Assembly: GCF_009914755.1 (NCBI RefSeq)
Contig: NC_060929.1
Origin: the human T2T-CHM13v2.0 reference genome, Homo sapiens
DNA length: 64,000 nt
Reading direction: 5' to 3' (one strand)
In this document: positions 1-13,982 of the stretch, one piece after another
How positions within the stretch are numbered: the first letter of the stretch is position 1
Layout: each line of letters opens with the position of its first letter
The notes under the pieces: generated by a model
Database searches by the model: none
Told to the model about the DNA's origin: nothing
What the model saw: only the letters and a program-made list of their open reading frames with translations
Translations under genes and position numbers: made by a program

Positions 1-1756
1 ATAGATAGGTTGGCTTAGTATTTGGGTACAAGTCAAAATGAATGGCAGGTATTCAAATCTCATTCAATCAATCTCATTCAGAGATGGCTTCGAAAGACCA
101 GGAAAAACTCCCAAGGCAGAGAGATGGACCTGCTTATTTCCTTTCATAGAAGGAGAGCTAACTTGAGGTTAAATTCATACAAACTCATGGACAGTGATGA
201 ATGGCCTGCCCACCTGGTCATGAACCTGGAGGGAGAAAGAATGGAACACTGGTGACTAGAAAGTGAAGTAGAGGCATGTGGATAGACATACGTGAATGGA
301 TAGAAATTGTGATGATCTTTGTATCACATATTAGTGCCCACCAGATAGCATATGTCACGGAAGTGACACAACCGATTAGACAAAGTGACCTACCCAGCCA
401 ACATCAGCCGGCCTGTCATCAGCCACACCAGTGCTGGCCAAATGGATACATAAATGACAGCAGCAATGATGAAGGATTTGCATGGCTCAAATAACCTGGA
501 CTCCCACTTACAAAGGCTTATCTAGCTATGGTCGCTGCTGAATATTTAATATGTCAGCAACAGAGACCAATGTTAATATGACACCATTACTCACTCAGGA
601 AGAACAACTGGCCTCTAGATGGCAGGTTTACAACGCTGGGCTCATTTCGTCCTGCAAGGGTTAGTGGTTAATTTCACGTATCTCACAGGAATGGACATGC
701 ATTCTGAGTATGAGTTTCCCTTTCCTGTACAGATGACCTCAGCCAGCACTAGTATCCAAAAGTTTATCGAGTATTTGATTCACTGGCATGGGATCCTGCA
801 TAACTTTGCACCAGACCAAGGGATGCACTTTATAGCAAAGGAAGTTCATGAGTGAGTCTGTAACCAGATAATTCACTGGTCATATCATATACTCTGCTCA
901 GAAACTACTAGCCTGATAGAGCATTGGAGGTTCAGAGGTAATACTCTACACAGAGAGATTGCCATTATGTAAAATTCAGTATTTGGATCAAATAAATGAT
1001 CTTTATATGGTGCTGTGTCCCTGAAGGAAGACTACATGGACACAGGAATTAAGGAGTGAAAACAGTAGTGGTCTCACTTACTATCACTCTCAATGACCCA
1101 TTGAGGGTCGTTGTGATTTCTTTCCCTGTAATTCTGGGTTCTGCTAGATTAACAGTCCTGGTCTTCAAAGAGGATAACACTTTCCCAAGAGGACATAGCA
1201 AAAGTCCCATTGAATTACAAGCTTTAGTTTTCACTTGGGTACTTTGATCTCCTTGTTTACAGGGACCAAAAGCAAGAAGAAGTCACTATCTTGGCAGGGT
1301 AATTGACTCCAATCATTAAGAGGAGGTGGTGTTATTGCACAATAGAGGCAGAGAGGAATTTGTGTAGAACTTAACCCATCCACTTGGTCCTAACTTAGTA
1401 CTCCCTTTCCCAATTTTGACTGTAAATTGATTGGCCGAGTGACTGCAGCCAAGGAGGATGGTGGCCAGTGACTCAGGTCCTTAGGGCTGAAGGTCTGAGT
1501 CAGACTAACAAGAAGGCAGCCAGGCCAGTAGAAGTGGAAGCTGAGGGTTAATGGAACTTAAAATGCCTAGGGAAGAAAGGAGATAATGAGTATTAGGTGG
1601 AACCCTGAGACCCACTCCAGCTTTGGGCACTACTGTTTATCTCACCAACGTCTCTCTTCTAAGTCTCCCTTCAGGATGAGAGGCTCGCCAGACATCTGGA
1701 GGATCTGATCTTCCATCCCATATAGAAACATGGTTCTAAGCCTAAAAGAAGGGGAC
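1..1756 (+). mobile_element. Decayed ERVL-class internal region (pol RNase H/integrase remnants, dUTPase-like segment), HERV16/ERV3-16-like; continues off the left edge
   Basis: ORF fragments IFVSHISAHQ (RNase H-like) and FAPDQGMHF (SDQGTHF-like integrase core); many stops; polypurine tract AAAAGAAGGGGA at 1744-1755 directly before an LTR. Confidence 0.75.
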
Positions 1757-2162
1757 TGTGGTAGACTCTGATGTACCTCCCAGCTTCCCCCGCGAGGAAG
1801 GACCTGCTGCTCAGTGGAGGTAATTGCATCGCAGATCATCTCCATAGTTCAGCAACTTCAGATCCTACCTCAGCTCAGAGACTCACCTTGCCTGAGGTCA
1901 CATTCTTGCTGAGACAGCCTGTGTCGGTGACTGAGTGAAGGGTGTGTATGCTGGGCATTTTGGCTTGACATAGGCACTCTTAATGATCAATGGTTACTTC
2001 ACAGTGCCCTGTTAGGTTGACAAAATTTTGATCAGGCCTGCCTTCTTCTGCTGCCCAATCCCACTTCCTCCCTTTTCTCTTCCTCAGTGATAATTACAAA
2101 TAAACAACTTGAACTATAAAATCCATCTCTGCATCTGTTTCCAGATTACTCAACCTGCAGCA
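1757..2162 (+). mobile_element. LTR16-family 3' LTR of the ERVL
   Basis: Starts TG just after the PPT, ends AACCTGCAGCA, AATAAA at 2099-2104. Confidence 0.65.
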
Positions 2163-3034
2163 GATGGTCTTATAGGAATGTAGAAAATACAAAACAAATT
2201 GGAAATGGGTGAAAAAGAATAGATCAATAATAGGGAGAGGGACATAAAATTGCTTGATTTAAGCCAACCCATATTTTCTTAGTCCTACCTACAGGCTATA
2301 GACAGCCTCCATGTTTTCTAGAAGCTGGAGTAAAACAAAACAAGCCAAGTGATCAGTGGAAATCCTCTGACCAGGTAAAGAACAATGATTCCTCATCCAA
2401 GGAGCAGATTTTGTTTTTTTCTTTTTCTGGGAAAGGACACTGTGTAATGAAATGAACAACCTTAACAATTAAGTTGTGCTGCATGGTTAACTAGATGGCT
2501 CATTGCTGTTTGTTACATTTATTTCAAATGGAATTACAATCAATCACGTTATCCCAAGCAGGTTTATTGTTTGTCATTCACACTCCTTAGGCTCTGGATC
2601 AGTGGCTATGTATTAGTCATGGGAACCAATTATCCAAGGGTGTTTGGTTAAGATGGTTTTATTGGTGCTGGAGCATGCAGAATGACAATGACTAATGGTG
2701 TCCCACATACTATCATTATTTACTTCGTCCTCCCGTGTGCCAGGATGTTTTTGCTTGAGCTGACTTGTTTCCCTTTTTGACTCTCCTTCCTGAAAATCAT
2801 GATACCATCCAGTGCAGAAGAGGACGCTGGCGTGTAGAAGAAGAGAGGGAATAAGAGCAGAAAAAGTAAGTGGAACACTGAAGGGCCTAGAGAGTCCTCC
2901 AACTGCAGAATTCATTCTTGAATCACTGAATCGCAAACTAGCAAGGTGTTTGATTTTGAACCCTTGATTTTCTAAGAGATTATACAGATATGCCACTGGT
3001 ACAGATAAGCTACTGGTTTCCTTTACAGGTTCCC

Positions 3035-3129
3035 TTGAACCCTGGAGGTTGCAGTGAGCCAAGATCACGCCACTGTGCTCCAGCCTGGGCAACAGAGTGA
3101 GACTCAATCTGAAAGAAAAAAAAAAAAAA
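3035..3129 (+). mobile_element. 5'-truncated Alu (3' end and A tail)
   Basis: GAGGTTGCAGTGAGCCAAGATCACGCCACTG...GAGTGAGACTC then poly-A. Confidence 0.9.
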
Positions 3130-3625
3130 GACATCACCAAGGGTAAAAGAGAAATTTTTTTTTTTTTTCTGATTATCTAAACTCCTGCCCTCCTGCCTTC
3201 ACTGTATATGGCTCATTATTTTTTTTGTTTGTTTCAATTTTATTTGATTTTCTTTAATTGTTTTTAAACAAATTTGAAATTTTTTCATACAATTGTTTTT
3301 AGTTTGATTTGAGTCTTAGTCTTTTGGATGCTCTGGTTTCTGCAGAACTAATTCTATTTTTTAAAAAATCTTCCTAGCTTATCTCTACGCTCTTGGTTTC
3401 CTCAATCCTTCATAAAACAAATACACATAATAAAAGTCTTACAGATTCAGATTATCTCTAGGAGAGATGGTTGGAACTAATGGGAAGACTGTATTACAGT
3501 CTATCTTTAAACCAATATATACCTTTCTTATTCACTTAGAGATATTTGTCTACTAAAGTGTTAATGAGTTGCATGATATCTTCTGAGAATTTCCTATAAT
3601 GAGAAGATAAAGAACACTCTTCTTC

Positions 3626-3925
3626 CTTTTTTTTTTTTTTTCTTGAGATGGAGTCTCACTCTGTTGCCCAGGCTGGAGTGCAGTGGTGCGATCTCGGCTC
3701 ATTGCAAACTCTGCCTTCTGGGTTCAAGCAATTGTCCTGCGTCAGCCTCCTGAGTAGCTGGGATTACAGTCACCTGCAACCACGCCTGGCTAATTTTCAT
3801 ATTTTTAGTAGAGGAGGGATTTCGCCATATTGGCCAAACTGGTCTCAAGCTCCTGACCTCAGGTGATCCACCCACCTTGGTCTCCCAAACTGCTGGGATT
3901 ACAGGTGTGAGCCGTGGCGCCTGGC
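3626..3925 (-). mobile_element. AluS
   Basis: Poly-T followed by a full antisense Alu dimer. Confidence 0.95.
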
Positions 3926-3949
3926 TCTTTTTACATTTTTTGTTGAGTG

Positions 3950-4405
3950 TTCTGCTGGTTCTTTGCCCTGAGAGAAGTCCCCTCTCTTTTCCACACATCT
4001 CTGTTACATTTTGCCAGAAGGCTAAACTCTAGGATGCATTTCTCAGGCTCCCTTATCAGTTGGCTTCCATCTGGGTTTTGCCAATGGGAATCGTTAGTGG
4101 GAGATTGGTGGGCAGAAGGAAAGGAGGCATCTCTACACCTTTCTCCATAGGTAGCTAAGCCGCTGGAGCTCTGCTATGGCTTCAGATCTCATTGGATAGA
4201 CTACCATGATTTTAGCATTTGCTTGCTGGGCCCAAACCCAGGACTTCAGGAACATTTTTTTCCTGCCTTGGATACTTTAGCCTAGAGGTAACAGTGGTTT
4301 CTTGTCACTGCCAATCTGTGGATTGGCCCATTGCTCCCTGTTTGGCATCTCAGCTCATCCATCACACATAGAACAAATTCCAGGCCTCAGATTCCATCTG
4401 TTTTG
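3950..4405 (+). mobile_element. Old ERVL LTR (LTR33-like)
   Basis: GGCTTCCATCTGGGTTTTGCCAATGGGAA...GGGAGATTGG block resembles LTR33. Confidence 0.45.
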
Positions 4406-4409
4406 GAAA

Positions 4410-6575
4410 AAATGGCTTAAAAGTAAATGATGTTAGGACAACTGGATACTCATTTGGAAAAAAAGTAGTTTCATGTCTTGTACCAATCACCAGAACAAAC
4501 TCCAAATGAATCAGACAACCAAGTGTAAAAAAATAACCCAAGTAAGTCATAGAAGAAAACAGGAGTGATTTCTTTCTTGAACTGGGCATGGAGAAACCTT
4601 CAAACTATAATCCAAAATCTAGAAATAACAAAAGAAAAGATTGATAATATTAATTACATAAAAATAATAAAAATATTTTTACATGACAAAGCACCACATG
4701 CAAAGTCAAAAGACCAATGATACAGCAGGATACTTCTCTTATGATAAAAGACTATTTTTTCCAAGAAATAAAGACTTTTTTTAAAATCAAGAGAAAACTG
4801 CAAAATAGGATATAACACGGAAAAAGCCGCCTAAATAGTTCACAAAAGACATTGGAATGGCTCTTAAATACAGAAAAAATATTCAGCCTTAATCATAGTA
4901 AAATACAAATTAGAACATTAGAAAGAGACCATTTCTCATCTACCAGATTGGCAAAAAGTTCAAAATTTAGATAACACACTTGTCAAGGTTGTGGAAATTT
5001 AGATACTTTCATACTCTATTGGGAATGCAAAAGAATATAATCCCTCTGCAAGGGATTTGACAGTTATCTAACAAAACTATATATACACTAATCTTTTGAC
5101 CAAGGAAGCCCACTTCCAGAAATGTTCCCTGAAGACACACCTTCACAAATATGAAACAGCATATGTGCAAGGTTATTCATTAAGAAATCCTTTGTGATGA
5201 CAAAATATTACAGTCAGTCTAAATGATCACCCAAAGGAGAATGGTCTAATTAAATATTATACTCCACACTGTGGTGTATAATACAGCTCAGAAGGAAGGA
5301 TAAGGAAGCTCTCTGTGAATCCAGGATATATTGTTTAATGAAATAAAGCAGGTCTCAATGGAGTGGACATAATAGGCTATTGATCATGTGAGAAACAAGG
5401 GGAAATTGCTTATTCTTAGAAAATGAAACAGAAAATATAAACCAGCAATTAATGAAAATATTTACATACAGGGTGTGTAAAGACAATATAGAGGGTAGAG
5501 GAATATATGAGATTTCTCTTAGCAGACATTTTTATATAATTTTAATTTTGGACCATGTAAATATTTTAAATATTCAAAAATATAATACAAAGATGAAAAG
5601 ACAGCCACTAAGCTTGGCAACAGAAAATAAAAACAAACTCGACTGCATATCCAGTTGACAACAATCACACAGAGAAAATAATTGAGTCAAGTAACTTTTG
5701 AGCACAGGGCTTTGACTGTACATGCTCAATAGAATATATTATAAAGTCAAAAAGAAACACAAATAACTACTGACATCTACTTAGCAGGTTTGTTCTTGGT
5801 AGTGGCATGGGTGGTATACATCTAAAACTGTGTGTTTAATAGGATAAAATAAATGTGTAAATATACTGATGTTTTGGTGAAGCAAGGTTTTTACTTTCAT
5901 AGGTGAGGACAAACTACATAGGGTTTTATTTCAACCAGAGGGTTAAGGATGAGATTTGCATACATAGATAGATGGAGAGATAGACAACACAGACATACCT
6001 GCGAACTTCCTAGCTCTGTCTGCTGAAAGGACGTCTAAGCAAAGCCACTTTAATTGCAGCAAGCACAATTGGCACTTAGATCTGGATTGCTAAATACCAC
6101 TCACTACTAAAGTACTCCTTAGAAAAATGACTATTTCCAGACCCAGAGCAGGGAATTTACAAGGTAAGACTGAAAAATCTCACGTCAAAAGGCAAGTAAG
6201 TGCACAGAGACTAATGGGTTCATTAAAAAGAAAAATACAAAAGCTGTCTTGGGACAAGTTACACATCAAAAAGAATGATGATAATTGATTACAACACATT
6301 GAGTAAAAACTGAATTCATAACAATAAGATGAGAGCCAGGAGAAAGGCTCTTTTAATAAAATAATGCTAGCTGATAAACGTACATGGAATAATACAATTA
6401 TAAAATTAGCACTTTCAACACTAATGTAATAATTGATTCAAACAAGAATGGTCAGTGAATGCCAAAACCATTGAGTGAAAGGTTGCAGAACAGGATATTT
6501 ATGTGGTCTGAAAGTATCCCCCCAGAGATTATTTGGGGGTAAAAGGAAAAGTATACTTTTACAATAGACATATCT
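4410..6575 (+). mobile_element. Old L1M (L1MC-like) ORF2 end and 3' UTR
   Basis: A-rich, degenerate L1 ORF2 3' motifs (GACAACTGGATA, ACCATTTCTCATCTACCAGATTGGCAAA, CCCACTTCCAGAAAT). Confidence 0.7.
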
Positions 6576-7099
6576 TCATAACATTATCTTATCATCCTCC
6601 TAGCATAAGTAGATTTTTTTAGTTGGGCACCCTTTTTATTCATAATATTAGTAATTTGTGTCTTCACTTTTTCTCTGTGATTAGTTTCAGTGAATGTTTA
6701 TCAATTTGATTAATTTTTAAAGTAATTTTTTACTGCTGTTTTTCTCTCTTTTGTTTCAGGTGGGGGAAACAGAAAAATGTACTTTTACAATGGACATATT
6801 TGATATTCCACACCTTAACTAATTTCTACTCATATTTGTTATTTTCTTCTTTACATTTACTTTGAGTTTAACTTGTAGCTTAGCTCACTGACTTGAGCAT
6901 TTCCTTCTTTTTGACTATATCAAAGTTATAAATTTCCCTTTAAGCAATGCGTGGCTGCATGTCACAAATTTTGAAATGTTTTCAATATCATTCAGTTTAT
7001 TTCCTACTTTTTTTATTGTAACTTCTTTGACCTCCTCTGGATTATTTATATATGTTGCTTAATTTCTAAATATCTGGAGATTTTCTAGATACCTTATTT

Positions 7100-7441
<342 letters not shown>

Positions 7442-7512
7442 ATTACTATTAATTTCTAATTTAATACTGATATAGTCAGAGAACATCCTCCATAAGATTT
7501 TAATCCTTTGAC

Positions 7513-8017
7513 TTCTTTTTTTCAGGGATGTACAAATGTCTTTTTATTCAAAGAGACAAAATAAATTATCTGTAGGCATGGACAACAACAGTGGTAAGCC
7601 ATTATATATTTTGTCAACTGAAACCAGTAACTGATGGTTACAGTGATTTCTTAAACGTCAGCCAGCCTTTTCTTCATTTTCTCCAACTGACTTCTCTGAA
7701 GCTATTGGTGAGGCACACTGCCTTGGGCTTCCTGCCACAGTTCATTAATAAAGGTAAAGCCCTATTCTGGGAATTAGAACATGCCACCTCCCATCCACCT
7801 CCCATTGCACCCATTGCACCCATTCCAAGGCCTGTCTCTTCTTTAGGAATTTGTGTGACTGCAACTTGTGCTGCAGTTAACAGAGAGGCCACCCCAGCAG
7901 CATCCAGTAAAGCAGGTCTTACAACCTTTGTTGGGTCACTAATTCCTTTTTCCACCATATTCGCAAAATCTTCAATATAGCATCATAACCAACTTCTGAG
8001 GAACTTTGCATAATTTT
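7513..8017 (-). pseudogene. 5'-truncated processed pseudogene of HSPD1 (HSP60 C-terminus and 3' UTR)
   Basis: [47 protein letters not shown] matches the HSP60 C-terminus; no introns; AATAAA and short A tail on -; TTTGAC repeated at 7507-7512 and 8015-8020 (TSD remnant). Confidence 0.95.
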
Positions 8018-8378
8018 GACATTTTTGATAGTTGTTTTATGGTTCCACAGATGGCCTATCATCATGCATGCTCCAAGTGTATTTGAAGATAATATGTATC
8101 ATGTAGTTATTGGGAAACTTGAATCTAGTGAGAAAAATAACAGATGTATCTAGAATCTGATTTATTCTATAGGCCTGAAGTCTTTCTAAAAGTCAGTGTC
8201 ATAAAAAAACAGACAATACACAAAAACATGCAGACTTGCCTAGGTTTAAAGTGACAAAAGAGGCAGAACAATCCAGAAAGCATATGAACCTTAAATGGCT
8301 ACTGGATTAGAAAATAAAAAGCAACAAAAGATATTTTGGGACAGCTGAAGAAATTTAAATGTAACAGACAATATTATT

Positions 8379-8662
8379 ATGCATGTAATACCCCTAACAT
8401 ACAGAACATCATAGCTTAGACCAGCCTACCTTAAATGTGCTGAGAACACTTACATTAGCTGACAGTTGGGCAAAATCATCTAACACAAAGCCTATTTTAT
8501 AATAAAATGTTGACTATTTGATGTAATTTGTTGCATACTGTGCTGAAAGTGAAAAGCAGAGTGGTTGCATGGGTACTGAAATATGGTTTCTTCTGAATGC
8601 ATATTGCTTTCCCACTGTAGTGAAGTCAAAAAATCCTAAAGAAAACCTAGTAAGTAGGGGAG
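8379..8662 (+). mobile_element. MER47-like Tigger-family DNA transposon remnant
   Basis: AACATCATAGCTTAG..CAGCCTACCTTAAA..GAACACTTACATTAGC..TTGGGCAAAATCATCTAACACAAAGCC. Confidence 0.7.
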
Positions 8663-9390
8663 TATTTACATTTCAAAGAGATGGCTTCCGGGTCCTTGAG
8701 AAAGACATTCTAGGGTTGTAAAACTGGTAAGAAGCTTTCAAAAAGATTTACATCTCAAAGGAGCAGAGAAAGGATCTACAAATACAAGTTTTCTAAAGTA
8801 AATGCTCTAAGAAAAGGGAAGGAGGGCAATAGAATCAGGAAAAAGCCTGTCTAAGGTTTAGGAAATGGGGGAATGTTAAGGCCCTCTTGGTCATGACAAT
8901 ACACATTTACAGAGGTTTGACTGAGAGATGTGAGACTTGTGTCTGGCCTTCCGTAAAATTTCTAACTTTCATTTTATCTGCTCATGATTCTAGACAATTT
9001 TTTTTTTGACAATGCATGTGTACTTTTCTTCTGCTCACACACCTTTTTTCTTCCCACCTTTGTTCTGAAGAACATTTCCTTTTCCTTTTCTTTTTTTTTA
9101 ATTCCAGCCTATGATTTTTATTTTTTTAATTTTTTTCCCTTTAACTTTTATTTTAAGCTCTGGGGTACATGTGCAGGATGTGCAGGTTTGTTACACAGGT
9201 AAACATGTACCATGGTGGTTTGCTGCACACATCATCCCATCACCTAGGTATTAAGCCCAGCATCCATTAGCTATTCTTCCTGATGCTCTCCCTCCCACAG
9301 CAATCCTCCCTCAACAGGCCCTAGTGTGTGTTGTTTTCCTCCCTGTGTCCATGTGTTCTCATTGTTCAGTTCACACTTATAAGTGAAAAT

Positions 9391-9816
9391 TGTCAGGCCT
9401 CTGAGCCCAAGCCTGCATGTATTCATCCAGATGGCCTGAGGCAACCGAAGAACCACAAAAGCAGTGAAAATGGCCAGTTCCTGCCTTAACTGATGACATT
9501 CCTCCATTGTGATTTGTTTCTGCCCCACCTCAACTGATCAATTAACCTTGTGACATTCCTTCTCCTAGAAAATGAGTCTCAGAACTTCCCCACTGAGCAC
9601 ATTGTGACACCCTCCCGCTGCCCCTGCCCGCAAGAGAAAAACCCCCTTTGACTGTAATTTTCCACTACCTACCCAAATACTATAAAACTGCCCCACCCCT
9701 ATCTCCCTTCAATGACTCTTTTTTCGGACTCAGTCTGCTTGCACCCAGGTGATTAAAAAGCTTTATTGCTCACACAAAGCCTGTTTGGTTGTCTCTTCAC
9801 AAGGATATGTGTGACA
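9391..9816 (+). mobile_element. Solo LTR7-family LTR (HERV-H; LTR7C-like)
   Basis: TGTCAGGCCTCTGAGCCCAAG start, TATAAAA box, ATTAAA, ends GTGACA; 5-bp TSD AAAAT at 9386-9390 and 9817-9821. Confidence 0.88.
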
Positions 9817-9834
9817 AAAATATGAGGTGTTTAG

Positions 9835-10146
<312 letters not shown>

Positions 10147-11387
10147 AGGTGTTTGGTTTTCTGTTCCTGCATTAGTTTGCTGAGGATAGCTGCTTCCAGC
10201 TCCATCCATGTCCCTGAAAGGATGTGATCTTATTCTTTTAATGGCTGCATAATATTCCATGGTGTATATGTACCACATTTTCTTTATCCGGTCTATCACT
10301 GATGCACATTTGGGTTGATTCCATGTCTTTGCTATTGTGAACAGTGCTGCAATGAACATACATGTGCATGTATCTTTAAATAGAATGATTTATATTCCTT
10401 TGGGTTTATACCCAGTAATGGGATTGCTGGGTCAAATGATATTTCTGCCTCTAGGTCTCTGAGCAATCACCACACTGTCTTCCACAATGGTTGAACTAAT
10501 TTATACCCCCACCAACAGTGTGGAAAGTGTTCTTTTTTCTTGGCAACCATGCCAGCATCTGTGGTTTTTTGACTTTTTAATAATAGCCATTCTGACTGGT
10601 ATGAGATGGCATCTCACTGTGGTTTGGATTTGCATTTCTCTAATGATCAGTGATGTCAGCCTTTTTTTTCATGTGTTTGCAGGCCACAACATTTCCTTTT
10701 TTCAAGCCAGTAGTTCTCTTCTCTCAATTTCTTTCTGGGCTTTTAGTATTTTTCTCTTCCCTACTCCTTCCTCATTTGTGAGGGTAGAACATCTATTGAT
10801 TCCCTTCTAGATCTAATTCTCTGTGGGTCTCGGATTGTCTCTCAGTGTCTACCCAGGAAAAAGTGGGGCTACACTAATGCAATGAAGAGTCTGGCTCATC
10901 TCACATTCTCATAAAAGGTGATGATGATTGAGAAGATTTTCTGTGACTAGTGCCACAGGAGCACTTAGGTTTTGGAATTTAAAAAAAAATTACACCTCTT
11001 ATTTATTTACTATTTTAAAATTTATCATTTTATCACTAACAGCAGAGAAAACTGGTGACAGATAGGAACTCTGGAATCAGTCTCAGATTTGCAGCTTACT
11101 GTGTGGCTTTGAGCAAGCCAATGAATGTCTCTAAGCTTTAGTGCAGTTACTTGCAAAAGAGGGGACCTAATCATTAATACCACCCTTAACAGTTAACTGG
11201 GTTAATGAATGTAAAGCAGTGAACCTAGTGTCAGGTACTTAGTAAATGATCACCATTTTGTTGGAAAAATCCTAAGTCTTTGCCTATATGATATCAATGG
11301 CTGCTTTGAGCAGATCTGAGGTGACATTTTCTTAGGCAGGACATCTGGTCACTTCCCTCTTGTGCTAGATCTGCCCTCAGGAATAGA

Positions 11388-12000
11388 TGTGATACCTTTG
11401 TATTTGTCAACTTAGCTAAAACTGCATTGCCCAGATTTCCTTTCCCTGTGGAATTCTAAGTCAGTTGGGCGGGCCACAAGAGGCATTTCACAGGAGATGT
11501 AGCAATGGAAGTGAAGCAGCAGCCAGATTCCAGATGCCCAGAAGGTCAGGGCAGGTCACGCAGTGCTGTTGCACCCCATGGCATGCTGTCCTATACAGCA
11601 GCTGATCTGCTGGCTCACCTCCAGCTCCTGCTGCATTTTTGCCTGCCACTTCTCTGACTCTTGGACCAGGTGTGTGCTTAGTTCTGTGATGGAGGGTGCC
11701 AGCTTCCCCTGCAGGACACCTCCATTGAAATAGAAGGCTTGGAGGCAGTGGGTACCAGTCCTTTTTAGCTCATCCTCACAGATTCCCTTTTTTCCTTCCC
11801 CCATTTCATATCCATCTTCTCTTCCTAATGGCCTTGGCTGAGAACTGCTGACTTCAGTACCAGAAACAGGTGGCATAGCTTCATATAGACTATTTAACCA
11901 GCTATACCAATTGTGTAAAGTCAAATCCCTTAATGTATCTCTTAGTATATCTAATCTGCTTTAGTGGTTTTGCTTCCCTGAGTGAATTCTGTCAGATACA
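11388..12000 (+). mobile_element. Old ERVL LTR (LTR41/LTR33-like)
   Basis: TGTGATA..GTCAACTTAGCT start; AAATCCCTTAAT..TTGCTTCCCTGA..ATACA end. Confidence 0.5.
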
Positions 12001-12155
12001 ATAGATAATGAGTTTTATCAGAGTATCTGCATAGCTCAAGGTTGGCATCTCTCAGTTCCTAGGTTAATTCAGTAAAAGATGACCCTTTCCTGATTAATAA
12101 GAAATGGGATTCTGTATCTTGGCTTTTAAGTTCTTCTTTCTGGTGGAGCGTGCAT

Positions 12156-12230
12156 GCACACACACACACATATATGTATTATATATGTTTATGTAACACA
12201 CATACACACACACATACACGTACATATATG
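12156..12230. repeat. (CA)n/(TA)n microsatellite
   Basis: Seen directly. Confidence 0.85.
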
Positions 12231-12864
12231 TTTCCCATTTCTAACTTCTTTGAGTCAGACTAATGGTAGGATGGTGTTTTCTTTCCATCAACAATTGTAA
12301 GCTATAATGATAGCTTTTCCTAATGTAGTGACAAAATATCACATAACTTTGCAAATGTTACTTTGGTAATTTCTAATACAGGCATTGAATGATTTATAAA
12401 AGCAGTGTGTGCTACACTGCCAATCTTCACATTTTAAATATAACATGCAAAAATAGTACCTTTTAAAAGATAACATACCCAATATAAAATAGAATACAAG
12501 GATGTGGGTGGAAATGCAAGCTCAGAGAGGCAGCAGATTGTAGTAGCTGAAAATGTAGCGTAGGACCAGGCTGCCTGGAGTTTTGATTGTTGGGTCTAAG
12601 CTCACTAATGATGTGACCTTGGGTGATTACGTGGCCTCTCTGTGCCTCAATGCCTCATCTGCTGCACTGGGGCATTATTGGGTGGTTGTGGTAATGAGGT
12701 GAGGAACATAAAGTGTAGTGCATCGCACAATGTAGGCATAAACTTTGGTTTGATTGGACTGGATGCTTTTTTATAAAGAGAAACTGTTGATTTCCCCACT
12801 CCATGAGGGCCAGGATGAGGTCCATCTACTGCTGGACCCCTTTACATGATCACTGGAGGAGGAT

Positions 12865-13278
12865 GCTGTGGTGGCCCACCCAGACACTCTACAGGATGCA
12901 GGTTCTTATGTCCACAGCTGCTGCAGTAGCACCTGCGGAAGCTCACAGCTGAGTCCCTCCCCAGGAATTGCCTTGGGCCAAAGGGATCTGCCAAGGTTTA
13001 GGTCCCCCTAGGGGAATGTCCCTATCCCATGACTAATGGACTTGGGGATACAAAGGCTGTACCCCTTTGTCTCAATGTGGGGCAACTCTGAAAGACAATG
13101 CCAGCTACAGTGTTCCACATGGGCTGGGCCAGCTCAGGGCCTCTGTTGTACATGCTTCGCAGTTCAATCCCAACTCTTCCCTCTCTCCAGGCCTGCTGCC
13201 CTCACTCCTGCACAGGTGGTGCTCCTGAGAGCGCTCCTGGATAAACCCCACACGGAGCTCCATCACCAAGCCTGTTAG
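12865..13278 (+). mobile_element. LTR16-family LTR
   Basis: GCTCACAGCTGAGTCCCTCCCCAGGAATTGCC and TGGGGCAACTCTGAA blocks. Confidence 0.55.
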
Positions 13279-13649
13279 AGGCCACGGCGAGAAAATTTTT
13301 TGGGGGGGTGATGGGTATGTTTATTATGTTGGTTGTGGCAATGGTCAAATGGGGGTGTATATATATCAAAACCTGTGAAATTGTTTGATTTAAATTATAT
13401 ACAGTTTAGGTCAATTATACTTCAATAAGGCTGTAAAAGGGAAAAAATCAGAGGAACAGTGGGAGGAAAAGGTGAAGGGCTCTTTGGTCACATCCCACCA
13501 GTGGTGCTTGTCTAACATCTTGTTTACGTTGTTAGATATGAGTTCTAAATTTCTTTTCAAAGAATATGTCAGTATGTTCAATTCTTTACCTTCTACTTTT
13601 AAACTTAACTTCCTCATAAAGCAATCTTTTTTGATTACCTGCTCCACCC

Positions 13650-13712
13650 TGACTCATTTCAATCACCTGCTCCACCCTGACTCATTCCGATTACCTACTC
13701 CACCCTGACTCA
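13650..13712 (+). promoter_or_regulatory. Three AP-1 motifs (TGACTCA) at 28-bp period in the LTR10 VNTR
   Basis: TGACTCA at 13650, 13678 and 13706, each preceded by CTCCACCC. Confidence 0.7.
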
Positions 13713-13982
13713 TTACCTGCTCTGTCATAACCATTTTTCCCGCCAAACCACTCACCCCCTCACTCTCTTTAAATTAGCCAATTGGAATTAGTTTAGCCTG
13801 TGCGGTCTAACCCTAGCCAATAGGGGAACCACACAACAGCGGGAAGTGGGGGGTGGGGGGCACAAGCGTCAGGGATAAGAACCCGTTCCCCTCCCTTGTC
13901 CAAGTGTGCGCTCACCATTGCTCCCTCTGTAAGGGTTCACCCTTCTACAGAAGTACCTTGCCTTGCTAAGAATGAAAAAGAA

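Noticed and set aside
2613-3140. 175-aa minus-strand ORF, the longest in the track
   Set aside because: Begins at a non-ATG codon, the N-terminus is antisense Alu translation, and the remainder has no recognisable domain.
6738-6766. Polypyrimidine tract + CAG|GTGGGG as a recursive splice site
   Set aside because: Weak donor, inside T-rich antisense L1 where such tracts are common.
13634-13720. Periodic 28-bp repeats resembling a CRISPR array
   Set aside because: No unique spacers, eukaryotic context; it is the LTR10 VNTR.
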